In this document: piece after piece, positions 20,244-30,122 of the stretch
Position numbering within the stretch: the stretch's first letter is position 1
Layout: every line of letters starts with the position of its first letter
Assembly (NCBI GenBank): GCA_000091165.1
Contig: FP565575.1
Coordinates: forward strand, 1,830,001 to 1,862,000
DNA length: 32,000 nucleotides
From: Candidatus Methylomirabilis oxygeniifera
Lineage (GTDB): Bacteria; Methylomirabilota; Methylomirabilia; Methylomirabilales; Methylomirabilaceae
Direction: 5' to 3'
Notes under the pieces: model-generated
What the model saw: only the letters and a program-made list of their open reading frames with translations
What the model was told of the DNA's origin: nothing
Databases searched by the model: none
Translations under genes and position numbers: made by a program

Positions 20244-21584
20244 ATGAGAATTCTAATCAGAGGTGGGCGGGTCATTGATTCGGCAAGCGGAGTGGACGAT
20301 CTCCTCGATCTGTTCATCGAGGATGGAAAGATCATTCAGATAGAGAAAGGTGTAGGCAATACCGAACCGCTCGAGGCGAGTAAAGGCAAAGGGACGAAGG
20401 CGGCAAAGCATGCGGAATCCGCCCTTGCTGTTGATCGGGTGATGGATGCGACGGGACTGGTGGTCTGTCCGGGCCTGATCGACATGCATGCCCACCTGCG
20501 CCAGCCGGGACGTGAGGATAAAGAAACCATCGCGAGCGGAACAATGGCAGCGGCGCGAGGCGGCTTTACGACGATCTGTTGCATGCCGAACACCGACCCG
20601 GTCAACGACACACGCACCGTCACTGAGTTTATTCTGGACACGGCCAAGCGCGAGGGGGCCGTGCAGGTCTGCCCCGTCGGCGCTATCACGAAAGGACTGA
20701 AAGGGGAAGAGCTGGCCGAGATCGGGGAACTGTTCGAAGCCGGCTGCGTAGCCATCTCTGACGACGGTCGCCCGGTCATGAACGCTGAACTGATGCGGCG
20801 AGCCATGGAATATGCAGCGATGTTTGATCTACCGGTCATCCAGCACAGTGAGGACCTGCACCTAAGCGGCAGGGGGGTCGTCCACGAAGGGCTGGTCTCG
20901 ACCGAACTCGGGCTTCGGGGTATCCCGTCGGCGTCGGAGGCGGTGATGGTGGCGCGCGATCTGTTGCTGGCAGAATTGATCGGCGCACACCTCCACGTTG
21001 CCCACGTGAGCGCGGCCGAATCGGTGCGTCTGATTCGCGACGCGAAGGCCCGCGGGGTCCGGGTAAGCTGCGAGGTCACCCCGCATCACGTCGCGCTCAC
21101 AGAAGAGGCGGTCCGCGGTTTTCTGACCAACGCCAAGATGAACCCGCCGCTTCGGTCAGAGGCCGACCGGCAGGCCCTGCTGGAGGGATTACGAGATGGT
21201 ACGATCGACGTGATTGCGACGGATCACGCCCCTCATACAGTCCAGGAGAAGGAGCGGGAGTTCGATCTGGCTCCTAATGGCGTGATCGGCCTGGAGACGG
21301 CACTCGCTATGACGCTCACGACGCTGGTGGCCCCAGGCGTGTTGAGCCTGCCACAGGCAATAGCGAAGCTCACCAGCGAGCCGGCGCGCATCCTGAAACT
21401 TCGAAAGGGTCGAATCGCCAAAGGCGCAGACGCCGATCTGACGATCTTTGATTCGAATCGTGACTGGACGGTGGATCCTGCAACCTTTGCCTCCAAAAGC
21501 CGAAATACGCCGTTCGCCGGATGGCGGCTTACAGGCGCGCCGGTGATGACGCTGGTCGGGGGGCAGGTAGTGTGGGAGGCGTGA
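20244..21584 (+). CDS. pyrC: Dihydroorotase
   Basis: '[20 protein letters not shown]', '[12 protein letters not shown]', '[15 protein letters not shown]', '[10 protein letters not shown]'. Start at MRILIRGG; the ORF is open from 20208. Confidence 0.95.
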   Translation: MRILIRGGRVIDSASGVDDLLDLFIEDGKIIQIEKGVGNTEPLEASKGKGTKAAKHAESALAVDRVMDATGLVVCPGLIDMHAHLRQPGREDKETIASGTMAAARGGFTTICCMPNTDPVNDTRTVTEFILDTAKREGAVQVCPVGAITKGLKGEELAEIGELFEAGCVAISDDGRPVMNAELMRRAMEYAAMFDLPVIQHSEDLHLSGRGVVHEGLVSTELGLRGIPSASEAVMVARDLLLAELIGAHLHVAHVSAAESVRLIRDAKARGVRVSCEVTPHHVALTEEAVRGFLTNAKMNPPLRSEADRQALLEGLRDGTIDVIATDHAPHTVQEKEREFDLAPNGVIGLETALAMTLTTLVAPGVLSLPQAIAKLTSEPARILKLRKGRIAKGADADLTIFDSNRDWTVDPATFASKSRNTPFAGWRLTGAPVMTLVGGQVVWEA

Positions 21585-21585
21585 T

Positions 21586-22797
21586 GTGGGAGGATCTGTG
21601 AAACAGGCATTGTTGGCGTTGGCCGACGGTACCGTCTTCGAGGGGTTGGCTTTTGGCGCAGAGGGGGAGACTGTCGGCGAGGTGGTCTTCAACACCAGCA
21701 TGACCGGCTACCAGGAGGTCCTGACCGACCCCTCGTACAAGGGGCAGATGGTCGTCATGACCTATCCGCTGATCGGTAACTACGGGATCACGCCCGAAGA
21801 TGTCGAGTCGAGCGGCCTCGCGGTAGAGGGGTTTATTGTGAAGGAAGCATGCGCTCACCCAAGTAATTGGAGGAGCACTCGGACCCTCGACAGTTACCTC
21901 AAGGAGCAGGATATCGTGGGAATTCAGGGGATCGATACCCGTGCTTTGACAAGGCATCTCCGAGACTACGGAGCGATGGAGGGGGTCATTTCCACGCAAG
22001 ATCTCGATCCCGACAGCCTGATTGCCAAAGCAAAAGCTTCGCCTGGTCTGATCGGGTGTGACCTGGTAAAGGAGGTCGCCTGTACCTCGCCGTATACCTG
22101 GCATGAGGGACCGTGGCGGTTGAGCAACAGCGGCAAAGACAGTGTTGAGTGTCGAGTGTCGAGTGTCGAGCCGGCAGACCAGCTCAAGCTTTTCCCTCCT
22201 CCCTCCACCCTCCACCCTAGACCCTACAACGTAGTGGCCTACGATTGCGGGATCAAACAGAATATTCTGCGAAAGCTGATAGAAGCGGGGTGCGACGTCA
22301 CGGTCGTCCCGCCGGATACCTCAGCGTCCACGGTCCTGAGTCTGGCTCCGGATGGGGTCTTTCTGAGTAATGGTCCCGGTGACCCGGAGGGCGTGCCGTA
22401 TTTGATCGATAACGTTCGGAAGCTGATCGACAAAATTCCGATCTTCGGCATCTGCCTGGGCCATCAGATCCTGGGTCTCGCCTTCGGAGGGCGGACCTAC
22501 AAACTGAAGTTCGGTCATCACGGCGGCAACCAACCCGTTAAGGACCTGACAACCGGGAAGGTGGAGATTACTACCCAGAACCACGGCTTTGCCGTAGATA
22601 TCGCCTCGATCCCGGACTCAGAGATCGAACTGACCCACATCAACCTCAACGATCACACCGTTGAGGGGATGCGCCATCGTCGCCTGCCGATCTTCTCGGT
22701 ACAATACCATCCGGAAGCCTCCCCTGGCCCCCATGACGCGAGCTATCTTTTTCAACGCTTCGTGGAGTTGATGGCAAAGGCGGGCACAAGCCGATGA
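21586..22797 (+). CDS. carA: Carbamoyl-phosphate synthase small subunit
   Basis: '[41 protein letters not shown]', glutaminase '[16 protein letters not shown]', '[13 protein letters not shown]'. It contains an in-frame repeat-derived segment. Confidence 0.96.
   Translation: MGGSVKQALLALADGTVFEGLAFGAEGETVGEVVFNTSMTGYQEVLTDPSYKGQMVVMTYPLIGNYGITPEDVESSGLAVEGFIVKEACAHPSNWRSTRTLDSYLKEQDIVGIQGIDTRALTRHLRDYGAMEGVISTQDLDPDSLIAKAKASPGLIGCDLVKEVACTSPYTWHEGPWRLSNSGKDSVECRVSSVEPADQLKLFPPPSTLHPRPYNVVAYDCGIKQNILRKLIEAGCDVTVVPPDTSASTVLSLAPDGVFLSNGPGDPEGVPYLIDNVRKLIDKIPIFGICLGHQILGLAFGGRTYKLKFGHHGGNQPVKDLTTGKVEITTQNHGFAVDIASIPDSEIELTHINLNDHTVEGMRHRRLPIFSVQYHPEASPGPHDASYLFQRFVELMAKAGTSR
22142..22228 (+). repeat. 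Two heptanucleotide tandem-repeat blocks inside carA
   Basis: GTGTTGA(GTGTCGA)x3 at 22142-22169. CCCTCCT CCCTCCA CCCTCCA CCCTAGA CCCTACA at 22194-22228. Confidence 0.85.
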
Positions 22798-23453
22798 AGG
22801 CGCAGGTTGGACTGATCATTCATCAGGAACAAGAGGACTACCTGGAGCGGCTGCTGCCTGAGAGGGATCTGCTGTTGCGGGAGATGGAACACTTTGCCGA
22901 TGAGCATGGTATCCCCATTGCCGATCCGGAGGTTGCGACGTTTCTGGAGATTACGGTCCGAGCGCTCCGGGCACAGCGGGTGCTGGAGGTCGGGACTGCC
23001 ATCGGATACGCCGACATCTTCATGGCCAGGGCCATATCGCCTCGAGATAGGGTGGTGACCATCGATATCAGCATCGAGATAATCGAGAAGGCAAAAGCGT
23101 ATGTGAAGCGGGCAGGCCTGGAAGATCGGGTCGAGTTTCACAATGGTCCGGCCCTGACGGTGATCCCTACCCTCGACGGACCGTTCGACCTGGTTTACCT
23201 TGATGCGGTGAAGGAAGAATACCGGAACTACCTGGATCTCGCCTTGCCGCTGATGCGGATTGGCGGGGTTGTCGTATGCGATAATGTCCTCTGGAGAGGG
23301 CAGGTGGCGAGTGACCGGCTGTTCGGGGAGCAGTATCGTCGCTCAACGGAGGCGCTGCGCGGCTTCAACGACTACTTCGTCCGTCATCCCCAGCTTCTCG
23401 CTCAGATCCTCCCCGTAGGCGATGGCCTTGCCTACGGCGTAAAGGTGAAGTAG
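22794..23453 (+). CDS. SAM-dependent O-methyltransferase (family 3, YrrM/TrmR- or CCoAOMT-like)
   Basis: '[20 protein letters not shown]', 'DRVVTIDI', '[39 protein letters not shown]'. ATGA overlap with the carA stop. Confidence 0.88.
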   Translation: MKAQVGLIIHQEQEDYLERLLPERDLLLREMEHFADEHGIPIADPEVATFLEITVRALRAQRVLEVGTAIGYADIFMARAISPRDRVVTIDISIEIIEKAKAYVKRAGLEDRVEFHNGPALTVIPTLDGPFDLVYLDAVKEEYRNYLDLALPLMRIGGVVVCDNVLWRGQVASDRLFGEQYRRSTEALRGFNDYFVRHPQLLAQILPVGDGLAYGVKVK

Positions 23454-26400
23454 ATGCCGAAGCGAACCGACATCGAGAAAATCCTGATCATCGGGTCTGG
23501 CCCGATCGTCATCGGGCAGGCGTGCGAGTTCGACTACTCGGGGACTCAGGCCTGTAAGGCGTTGCGGGAGGAAGGCTACCGGGTGATTCTGGTCAATTCG
23601 AATCCGGCCACGATCATGACCGACCCGGAAATAGCCGACCGGACCTACGTAGAGCCGCTGACCGTGTCTGTTGTCGAGCAGATCATCGCTCGGGAGCGTC
23701 CCGATGCGCTGCTCCCCACCCTCGGGGGGCAGACCGGCCTCAACCTGGCCGTCGCGCTGGCCGAGGAGGGAATCCTGGACCGATACGGGGTCGAGATGAT
23801 CGGGGCGAAGCTTCAGGCCATCAAGAAGGCCGAAGACCGCGACCTCTTCAAGCAGGCAATGCAGAAGATCGGCGTTGAGGTGCCTGAAAGCGGGCATGCC
23901 TATTCCCACGAAGAGGCCCGTTCCATTGTTGAGCGAATCGGTTACCCGGCGATTATCCGTCCTTCGTTTACGCTTGGTGGCGCCGGCGGCAGCATTGCCT
24001 ACAATCGGGACGAATTCGACGAGCAGGTTCAGTGGGGGCTCAGCATGAGCCCCGTCCACCAGGTCCTCATTGAAGCCTCCGTCATCGGCTGGAAGGAGTT
24101 CGAGCTGGAGGTCATGCGCGACCTGAAGGACAATGTGGTCATTATCTGTTCTATCGAGAATTTCGACCCGATGGGGGTCCACACCGGCGACTCGATTACC
24201 GTGGCTCCGGCTCAGACTCTGTCGGATAAAGAGTACCAACTCATGCGGGATGCCGCCATCGCCATCATCCGCGAGATCGGCGTCGAGACCGGCGGCAGCA
24301 ACATCCAGTTTGCCGTCAACCCCAGGAACGGACAGATGTTGGCGATTGAGATGAATCCGCGGGTCTCTCGATCCTCGGCATTGGCCAGCAAGGCCACCGG
24401 GTTCCCCATTGCAAAGATCGCCGCTAAGCTGGCGGTGGGCTACACGCTGGACGAGATCAGCAACGATATCACGAAGGAGACGACAGCCTGCTTTGAGCCG
24501 ACCATTGATTACTGCGTGGTCAAGTTCCCACGATTCTCGTTCGAAAAGTTTGCCGGCGCCGATGAGACACTGACGACGCAGATGAAATCGGTCGGGGAGG
24601 CGATGGCGATCGGTCGGACCTTCAAAGAGGCGTTGCAGAAAGTGATCCGCTCGCTTGAGACCGAGGCGTATGGACTGGAGAGTCGAATCTTCAGAGATCT
24701 GGAACAACGGGGTGCGGGGTACGGGGTACGAAGTTCCGAGGTCAGCGAGACAGATCAGATGCGGGTCCGGGACCGCCTTCGTGTTGCGAATTGGGAACGG
24801 CTTTTTTACCTCGCCGATGCGCTTCGCATGGGAATGACGGTACAGGAGATCCATACGCTGACAGCCATTGATCCCTGGTTCATTGAGAATATCAAGGAGA
24901 TCGTAGAGTTTGAGAATCGATTGATCGGTCTCGACGGACGCCGGGACGGTTCGCCGTTGCTTCGTCTTCTGACGGCGCCTATCATACAGCAGGCCAAGGC
25001 CTTGGGTTTTTCCGACCGCCGGCTCGCCGATCTTGTCGGCTCACAGGAGCTCACCATCCGGGATGCCAGGAAACGGATGGGAATTGAGGCTACCTTCAAG
25101 ATGGTGGATACCTGCGGCGCCGAGTTCGCAGCCCATACGCCGTACCTGTATTCGACGTACGAGCAGGAGTGTGAGGCCAACCCGACCAATCGCAAAAAGA
25201 TCATGATCCTGGGTTCCGGCCCGAATCGGATCGGCCAGGGAATCGAATTCGACTACTGCTGCGTTCACGCGGCTCTGGCCCTGAAGGAGATCGGCTGCGA
25301 GACGATCATGGTCAACTGTAATCCCGAGACAGTCTCGACCGATTACGACACCTCCGATCGCCTGTACTTCGAACCGCTCTGCCTGGAAGATGTCCTGAAC
25401 ATCGCAGAGCGGGAGCGGCCGGATGGAGTCATCGTCCAGTTCGGCGGACAGACGCCGCTGAAACTGGCCATCCCGCTTGAGCGGGCCGGCGTCAAGATCC
25501 TGGGAACTCCGCCCGATGCCATCGACCGGGCTGAGGACCGTGAACGGTTCAAGCAGGTGCTGCAGCGCCTTGACCTGAATCAGCCGCCGAATGGGACCGC
25601 CGTCTCAGTGAGTGAGGCGCTTCGGATTGCACGACAGATCGGCTACCCGGTCCTGGTGCGACCGTCATATGTCCTTGGTGGTCGGGCGATGGAGATCGTG
25701 TATAACGAGTCGAGTCTCCAGGAGTATATGGCTCGGGCCGTCCAGGCCTCGTTGGACCATCCCGTGCTGGTGGATAAATTCCTGGAAGACGCCATCGAGA
25801 TGGATGTAGATGCCCTGTGCGACGGCCGGGAGGTCGTGATCGGGGGAATCATGGAGCATATCGAGGCGGCGGGAGTCCACTCCGGCGACTCGGCCTGCTC
25901 CTTGCCGCCCCGGTCGGTGCCACAGTCGCTGCTCGATCAGATTCGGGCGCAGACCAAGGCAATGGCACTGGAGCTTGGGGTGATCGGTCTGATCAACATC
26001 CAGTTCGCCATCAAAGATGGTATCGTCTACGTCCTGGAGGTGAATCCCCGCGCCTCGCGCACCGTCCCATTCGTCAGCAAGGCGGTCGGCGTCCCCCTGG
26101 CCAAGCTGGCGGCAAAGGTCATGGCCGGGATGAGCCTCAAGGAGCTGGACTTTACCGAAGAGCCGCGGCTTCGCCATGTAGCGGTCAAAGAGGCAGTCCT
26201 GCCTTTTGTCAAGTTTCCCGGGGTTGATGCGGTGCTAGGGCCGGAGATGAAATCGACCGGAGAGGTGATGGGGATCGATCGCGAGTTCGGGCTGGCCTTT
26301 GCCAAATCGCAGGTGGGTGCAAGCGGCGCCCTCCCCTTGGAGGGAACGGCCTTCCTAAGCGTACGAGGGAACGACAAACCGCATATCGTGCTCTTGGCGC

Positions 26401-26753
26401 GACGGCTTGCAGAGATGGGCTTTCAACTCGTAGCGACGGCCGGGACCGCAGCCGTGCTGAAAGACGGAGGGGTAGTCGTGGAGCCGGTGGCCAAGGTCAT
26501 TGACGGCGTACGCCCACATATCGTGGACAAGATGAAGAATGGAGAGATCGGCCTGGTCATCAACACCCCGGAGGGCCACCATGCGCGTCTCGACTCCTAC
26601 TCCATCCGGCGGACAGCCGTGACGATGAGCATCCCCTACTTTACCACGATGGCCGCAGCGTGCGCGGCGGTCGAAGCGATTCAGGCGATGCGACACGGGA
26701 AGCTAAGGGTCCAGGCGCTCCAGGAGTATCATCAGGTCCAGGGTGAAGGGTAG
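23454..26753 (+). CDS. carB: Carbamoyl-phosphate synthase large subunit
   Basis: 1099 aa with both ATP-grasp halves: '[26 protein letters not shown]', '[25 protein letters not shown]', and a C-terminal MGS-like domain. Confidence 0.98.
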   Translation: MPKRTDIEKILIIGSGPIVIGQACEFDYSGTQACKALREEGYRVILVNSNPATIMTDPEIADRTYVEPLTVSVVEQIIARERPDALLPTLGGQTGLNLAVALAEEGILDRYGVEMIGAKLQAIKKAEDRDLFKQAMQKIGVEVPESGHAYSHEEARSIVERIGYPAIIRPSFTLGGAGGSIAYNRDEFDEQVQWGLSMSPVHQVLIEASVIGWKEFELEVMRDLKDNVVIICSIENFDPMGVHTGDSITVAPAQTLSDKEYQLMRDAAIAIIREIGVETGGSNIQFAVNPRNGQMLAIEMNPRVSRSSALASKATGFPIAKIAAKLAVGYTLDEISNDITKETTACFEPTIDYCVVKFPRFSFEKFAGADETLTTQMKSVGEAMAIGRTFKEALQKVIRSLETEAYGLESRIFRDLEQRGAGYGVRSSEVSETDQMRVRDRLRVANWERLFYLADALRMGMTVQEIHTLTAIDPWFIENIKEIVEFENRLIGLDGRRDGSPLLRLLTAPIIQQAKALGFSDRRLADLVGSQELTIRDARKRMGIEATFKMVDTCGAEFAAHTPYLYSTYEQECEANPTNRKKIMILGSGPNRIGQGIEFDYCCVHAALALKEIGCETIMVNCNPETVSTDYDTSDRLYFEPLCLEDVLNIAERERPDGVIVQFGGQTPLKLAIPLERAGVKILGTPPDAIDRAEDRERFKQVLQRLDLNQPPNGTAVSVSEALRIARQIGYPVLVRPSYVLGGRAMEIVYNESSLQEYMARAVQASLDHPVLVDKFLEDAIEMDVDALCDGREVVIGGIMEHIEAAGVHSGDSACSLPPRSVPQSLLDQIRAQTKAMALELGVIGLINIQFAIKDGIVYVLEVNPRASRTVPFVSKAVGVPLAKLAAKVMAGMSLKELDFTEEPRLRHVAVKEAVLPFVKFPGVDAVLGPEMKSTGEVMGIDREFGLAFAKSQVGASGALPLEGTAFLSVRGNDKPHIVLLARRLAEMGFQLVATAGTAAVLKDGGVVVEPVAKVIDGVRPHIVDKMKNGEIGLVINTPEGHHARLDSYSIRRTAVTMSIPYFTTMAAACAAVEAIQAMRHGKLRVQALQEYHQVQGEG

Positions 26754-26775
26754 AGGGTGTAGGGTATAGGGAATG
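26741..26775 (+). repeat. Heptanucleotide tandem repeat spanning the carB stop and pyrK start
   Basis: GGGTGAA GGGTAGA GGGTGTA GGGTATA GGGAATG. Confidence 0.8.
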
Positions 26776-27753
26776 GTGGTGGCGTCTGAATGTCATGTTG
26801 AGGTTGTCGCCAACAAGCAGATCGCACCAGGATACTTTTCGATGCGTCTGGCCGGCCCGGCATGCCTGACACGATTTCGTCCCGGGCAGTTTCTCATGCT
26901 CGGATGGACCGACGGACAGGATCCGCTGTTGCCTCGGGCCATGAGTATTAGACGCGTGAGAGAGGTTCAAGGTTCAAAGTTCAAGGTTCAAGTTGTAGAG
27001 CCCCAAACCCGAAACCCCAAACCCGAAACCTGGATTGCTGAGGTGGAGATCCTCTACAAAGTGTGCGGCAAAGGCACAACGCTTCTGGCCGCAACACGTC
27101 CTGGAAGATCTTTGCGATTGCTCGGTCCGCTCGGAAATGGCTTTGAGGTTCCCAGAAAAGTGACGAGCGCCGTCCTAATTGCCGGCGGAATCGGCGCGCC
27201 CCCCATCGCTGCGCTTGCCCAAGCGTTGGCCGCGCGTCGCGCAGCGCGCGGAACAAAGATGGCCGTTTTTCTCGGTGGGCGCTCCAAGACTGACCTCCTG
27301 TGCGTGCCCGACTTTCGGCAAGCGGGCGCTACGGTCTACGTGGCCACAGAAGACGGCAGCGCAGGCCATAAGGGACTGATAACCGAACCGCTTGAGGAGT
27401 TCCTGAGTACCTCGCACTTTGCACCAAACCCCAAATCCCCCTGTTCCCCCCTTTTGAAAAGGGGGGCTGGGGGGATTTATGCCTGCGGCCCGCACCCTAT
27501 GCTGTCGGCTATTGCGCCGATTGCCGAAAGATACAACCTGCCATACCAAGCCTCCATGGAGGCGAACATGGCTTGCGGGTTCGGCGCCTGCATGGGCTGC
27601 GTCGTACCGGTGAAAGAAGACGACCGAGGGCGAGCCTACCGGCTTGTCTGTAAGGATGGGCCTGTCTTCGACGGCCACGAAGTCCTCTGGTCTAACTCGT
27701 CTATTCCGTCTGTTCGGTCAACAGACCAAACAGACCAGATAGACCGAACATGA
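26773..27753 (+). CDS. pyrK: Dihydroorotate dehydrogenase electron-transfer subunit (PyrK-type)
   Basis: 'GPACLTRFRPGQFLMLGW', 'LLGPLGNGFEV', 'VLIAGGIGAPPIAALAQAL', [2Fe-2S] cysteines 'MACGFGACMGCVVPVKEDDRGRAYRLVCKDGPVF'. Two repeat-derived in-frame segments are present. Confidence 0.93.
   Translation: MVVASECHVEVVANKQIAPGYFSMRLAGPACLTRFRPGQFLMLGWTDGQDPLLPRAMSIRRVREVQGSKFKVQVVEPQTRNPKPETWIAEVEILYKVCGKGTTLLAATRPGRSLRLLGPLGNGFEVPRKVTSAVLIAGGIGAPPIAALAQALAARRAARGTKMAVFLGGRSKTDLLCVPDFRQAGATVYVATEDGSAGHKGLITEPLEEFLSTSHFAPNPKSPCSPLLKRGAGGIYACGPHPMLSAIAPIAERYNLPYQASMEANMACGFGACMGCVVPVKEDDRGRAYRLVCKDGPVFDGHEVLWSNSSIPSVRSTDQTDQIDRT
26965..27029 (+). repeat. Two heptanucleotide tandem-repeat blocks inside pyrK
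   Basis: GTTCAAG GTTCAAA GTTCAAG GTTCAAG (26965-26992). CCCAAAC CCGAAAC CCCAAAC CCGAAAC (27002-27029). Confidence 0.88.
27433..27478. repeat. 46-bp palindromic repeat inside pyrK
   Basis: AAATCCCCC-tgtt-CCCCCCTTTT-g-AAAAGGGGGG-ct-GGGGGGATTT. Confidence 0.85.
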
Positions 27754-29216
27754 CATTGTCGCTTCCCACCTCCATGCGCGGGACCTCGCGCATCGATCCT
27801 CATTTTCTCATCGAGGAAGTCCCGAATCCGCCGGCTCTCACAGATCTGTTTGGTCTGGTCGCCGCCGAGCCCGGTTTCAGCCTATTGGACGCTGATCCCT
27901 GGGCTGTGAATCACTGGCGGTCTCCATGCTTCGGTTACGATCCTTTCCTTACCTTCTCGGCAAAAGGAGATGAGATCACCATCTCGCTCCAAGGCGAGTC
28001 GCGCCGAGTCAGAGGTGATCCGTTCCAACACCTTCAGGCGGCTCTCAGGCAGTATGGTGACGTGACCTCTTCCGGTGACGTGCCGATAGCCGGCGCCATC
28101 GGCTACTTCGGGTATGACCTCCGGCACCACCTCGAAAGACTACCGGCCGTAGCGGTAGACGACCTGAGGCTGCCTGACTGCGTGATCCATTTTTACGACC
28201 GTCTCTTCTGGTTTGAGCCCGCGAACGGCGGGCTGCTCATCACCTCCTCCGGTTTGCCGCTGCCGCCGGGCGTCGCGCGTGAGCGAAGAGCCCTGGAACG
28301 ATTGCAGGAGGGTCGCGATCTGATCGCGCGCGCCAGGCTGACCGGCGGGAGTGGGCCGCCTGAGTTGCCGCATCTCGAGACCCCCCTCGAGAGCAGCATG
28401 TCGAAAGCACAGTACTGCAAGGCGCTGGAGACGGTATTGGAGTACATCGCTGCCGGCGATATCTATCAGGCCAACATCTCACAGCGCTTCGTCACGCAGT
28501 TTTCCGGAGAATCCTGGGCGCTGTATCGACGCCTTCGAAGCCGCTTCCCCGCGCCTTTCGGGGCGTACCTGCACTGTGGCCCCTTCCACGTACTGTCCAA
28601 CTCTCCGGAACGGTTCCTGCTGGTGGAGGGGAATCGGATCTCGACCTGTCCCATTAAGGGAACTCGCCCTCGCGGGATGACCGTGGAGGACGATGCGCGG
28701 ATCATCGGTCACCTTCGTCACGATCCGAAGGAATGCGCCGAACATGTCATGATCGTGGACCTGGAGCGCAACGATCTAGGCAGAATCTGTCAGGTCGGCT
28801 CCGTCCATGTCGAGCAGTTCGAGACGATCGAGACCTACCACACCCTCCACCACATGGTGTCGACCGTGGCGGGCACCCTGGAAGCAGGAACAGACCCGAT
28901 CGACTGTCTGCGAGCGACCTTCCCTGGCGGGTCGATCACCGGGGCTCCGAAGATCCGCGCGATGGAAGTGATCGACGAGGTGGAGCCGACCGCTCGTGGC
29001 CTCTACACCGGGGCGATCGGATTCATCGGGTTTTCTGGAGGGATGGAACTGAACATTGCCATTCGGACAGCCATCGTAACCGGCAGACGGATCTATTTCC
29101 AGACCGGCGGCGGGATCGTGGCCGATTCCTCGCCGGCACGGGAGTACGAGGAGACGCTGCTTAAGGCCGAAACCTTCTTTCGGACACTTGGCGTCGGCGC
29201 CGGTTTTGGGAGGTAA
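27750..29216 (+). CDS. pabB: Aminodeoxychorismate synthase component I
   Basis: 'GDIYQANISQRF', 'SNSPERFLLVEGNRISTCPIKGTRPRG' (PIKGT distinguishes PabB from TrpE), 'MIVDLERNDLGRI', 'FPGGSITGAPKIRAMEVIDEVEPTARGLYTGAIGF'. Confidence 0.92.
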   Translation: MTLSLPTSMRGTSRIDPHFLIEEVPNPPALTDLFGLVAAEPGFSLLDADPWAVNHWRSPCFGYDPFLTFSAKGDEITISLQGESRRVRGDPFQHLQAALRQYGDVTSSGDVPIAGAIGYFGYDLRHHLERLPAVAVDDLRLPDCVIHFYDRLFWFEPANGGLLITSSGLPLPPGVARERRALERLQEGRDLIARARLTGGSGPPELPHLETPLESSMSKAQYCKALETVLEYIAAGDIYQANISQRFVTQFSGESWALYRRLRSRFPAPFGAYLHCGPFHVLSNSPERFLLVEGNRISTCPIKGTRPRGMTVEDDARIIGHLRHDPKECAEHVMIVDLERNDLGRICQVGSVHVEQFETIETYHTLHHMVSTVAGTLEAGTDPIDCLRATFPGGSITGAPKIRAMEVIDEVEPTARGLYTGAIGFIGFSGGMELNIAIRTAIVTGRRIYFQTGGGIVADSSPAREYEETLLKAETFFRTLGVGAGFGR

Positions 29217-29225
29217 AGGAAGCGA

Positions 29226-30122
29226 ATGGCCGTAGTCTATCTAAATGGACGCTATGTGCAGGCCGAGCGAGCGAAGGTATCGGCATTCGATCGCGGGTTC
29301 TCGTACGGCGATGGCCTCTTCGAAACCATCCGGGCGTATACCGGGTGGATCTTTGGCCTTGAGCGGCACCTGGGGCGCCTCAAGAAAGGCGCTGATCAGA
29401 TCGGGATCCCGTTTGAAGGCGACGTGGACACGTGGCGAAAGGTGATGGGTGAGTTGCTCCGGCGTAATCGTCTTCAGGACGCCGATGCGTCTTTGCGGCT
29501 GACAGTGACGAGAGGTCCGGACGTGATGGGTTCCCTCCTGCCTCCCGACGCGCCCCCTTCACCTACGCTACTATTAGTCGCCAAGCCTTTGGATGCGGGA
29601 ATCGCAGAGCGCCAGCAGGTCGGAATCGGCGCAGTCACGATTCGCTGGGGGAGTCCGTTCAACCCACTCCGGATCAAGTCGCTTGACTATCTCTATAACA
29701 TGCTGGCGATGGCACACGCAAAACATGAAGGCGCCGTGGAGGCATTATTTGTGGGCACCGATGGCTGCGTCATCGAGGGGACCACGAGCAATCTGTTTTC
29801 GATCTCACAAGGGATGCTGGCAACTCCTCCAGAGAGTTCTGGACTCCTACCGGGGATTACCAGGGAAGTGGTCATCGAACTGGCAAAGCGGGAAGGCCTA
29901 ATCGTCCACGAGACCCCGGTGCCTTTCGATGTGCTCTTCTCTGCGGACGAGGCGTTTCTCACCGGCTCCCTCAAGGAGATCACGCCCTTGATTGCGATTG
30001 ACGGCTCCACAATCGGCACCGGCAGCCCCGGTCCAGTCACGCGCCGTCTTCAGCAGTGCTACCGGACAGCCGTTCAAGGGGAGCCGGCGCAAGGCAGGCG
30101 AAGCGTGAAGGACAAGGCGTGA
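29226..30122 (+). CDS. pabC: Class IV aminotransferase, probably aminodeoxychorismate lyase
   Basis: 'YLNGRYVQAERAKVSAFDRGFSYGDGLFETIRAY', 'IKSLDYLYNMLA', 'EGTTSNLFSI', 'LLPGITREVVIELA'. The PabC call rests partly on its position next to pabB. Confidence 0.8.
   Translation: MAVVYLNGRYVQAERAKVSAFDRGFSYGDGLFETIRAYTGWIFGLERHLGRLKKGADQIGIPFEGDVDTWRKVMGELLRRNRLQDADASLRLTVTRGPDVMGSLLPPDAPPSPTLLLVAKPLDAGIAERQQVGIGAVTIRWGSPFNPLRIKSLDYLYNMLAMAHAKHEGAVEALFVGTDGCVIEGTTSNLFSISQGMLATPPESSGLLPGITREVVIELAKREGLIVHETPVPFDVLFSADEAFLTGSLKEITPLIAIDGSTIGTGSPGPVTRRLQQCYRTAVQGEPAQGRRSVKDKA

Noticed and set aside
22142-22228. Possible CRISPR-like or other direct-repeat array
   Set aside because: Repeat units are 7 bp and contiguous with no spacers of CRISPR type, and no cas genes are present. 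Same for 26965-27029.
23343-24854. 503-aa minus-strand ORF
   Set aside because: Antisense to the O-methyltransferase gene and carB, both unambiguous. Its composition is a shadow of high-GC coding DNA and shows no family motifs.
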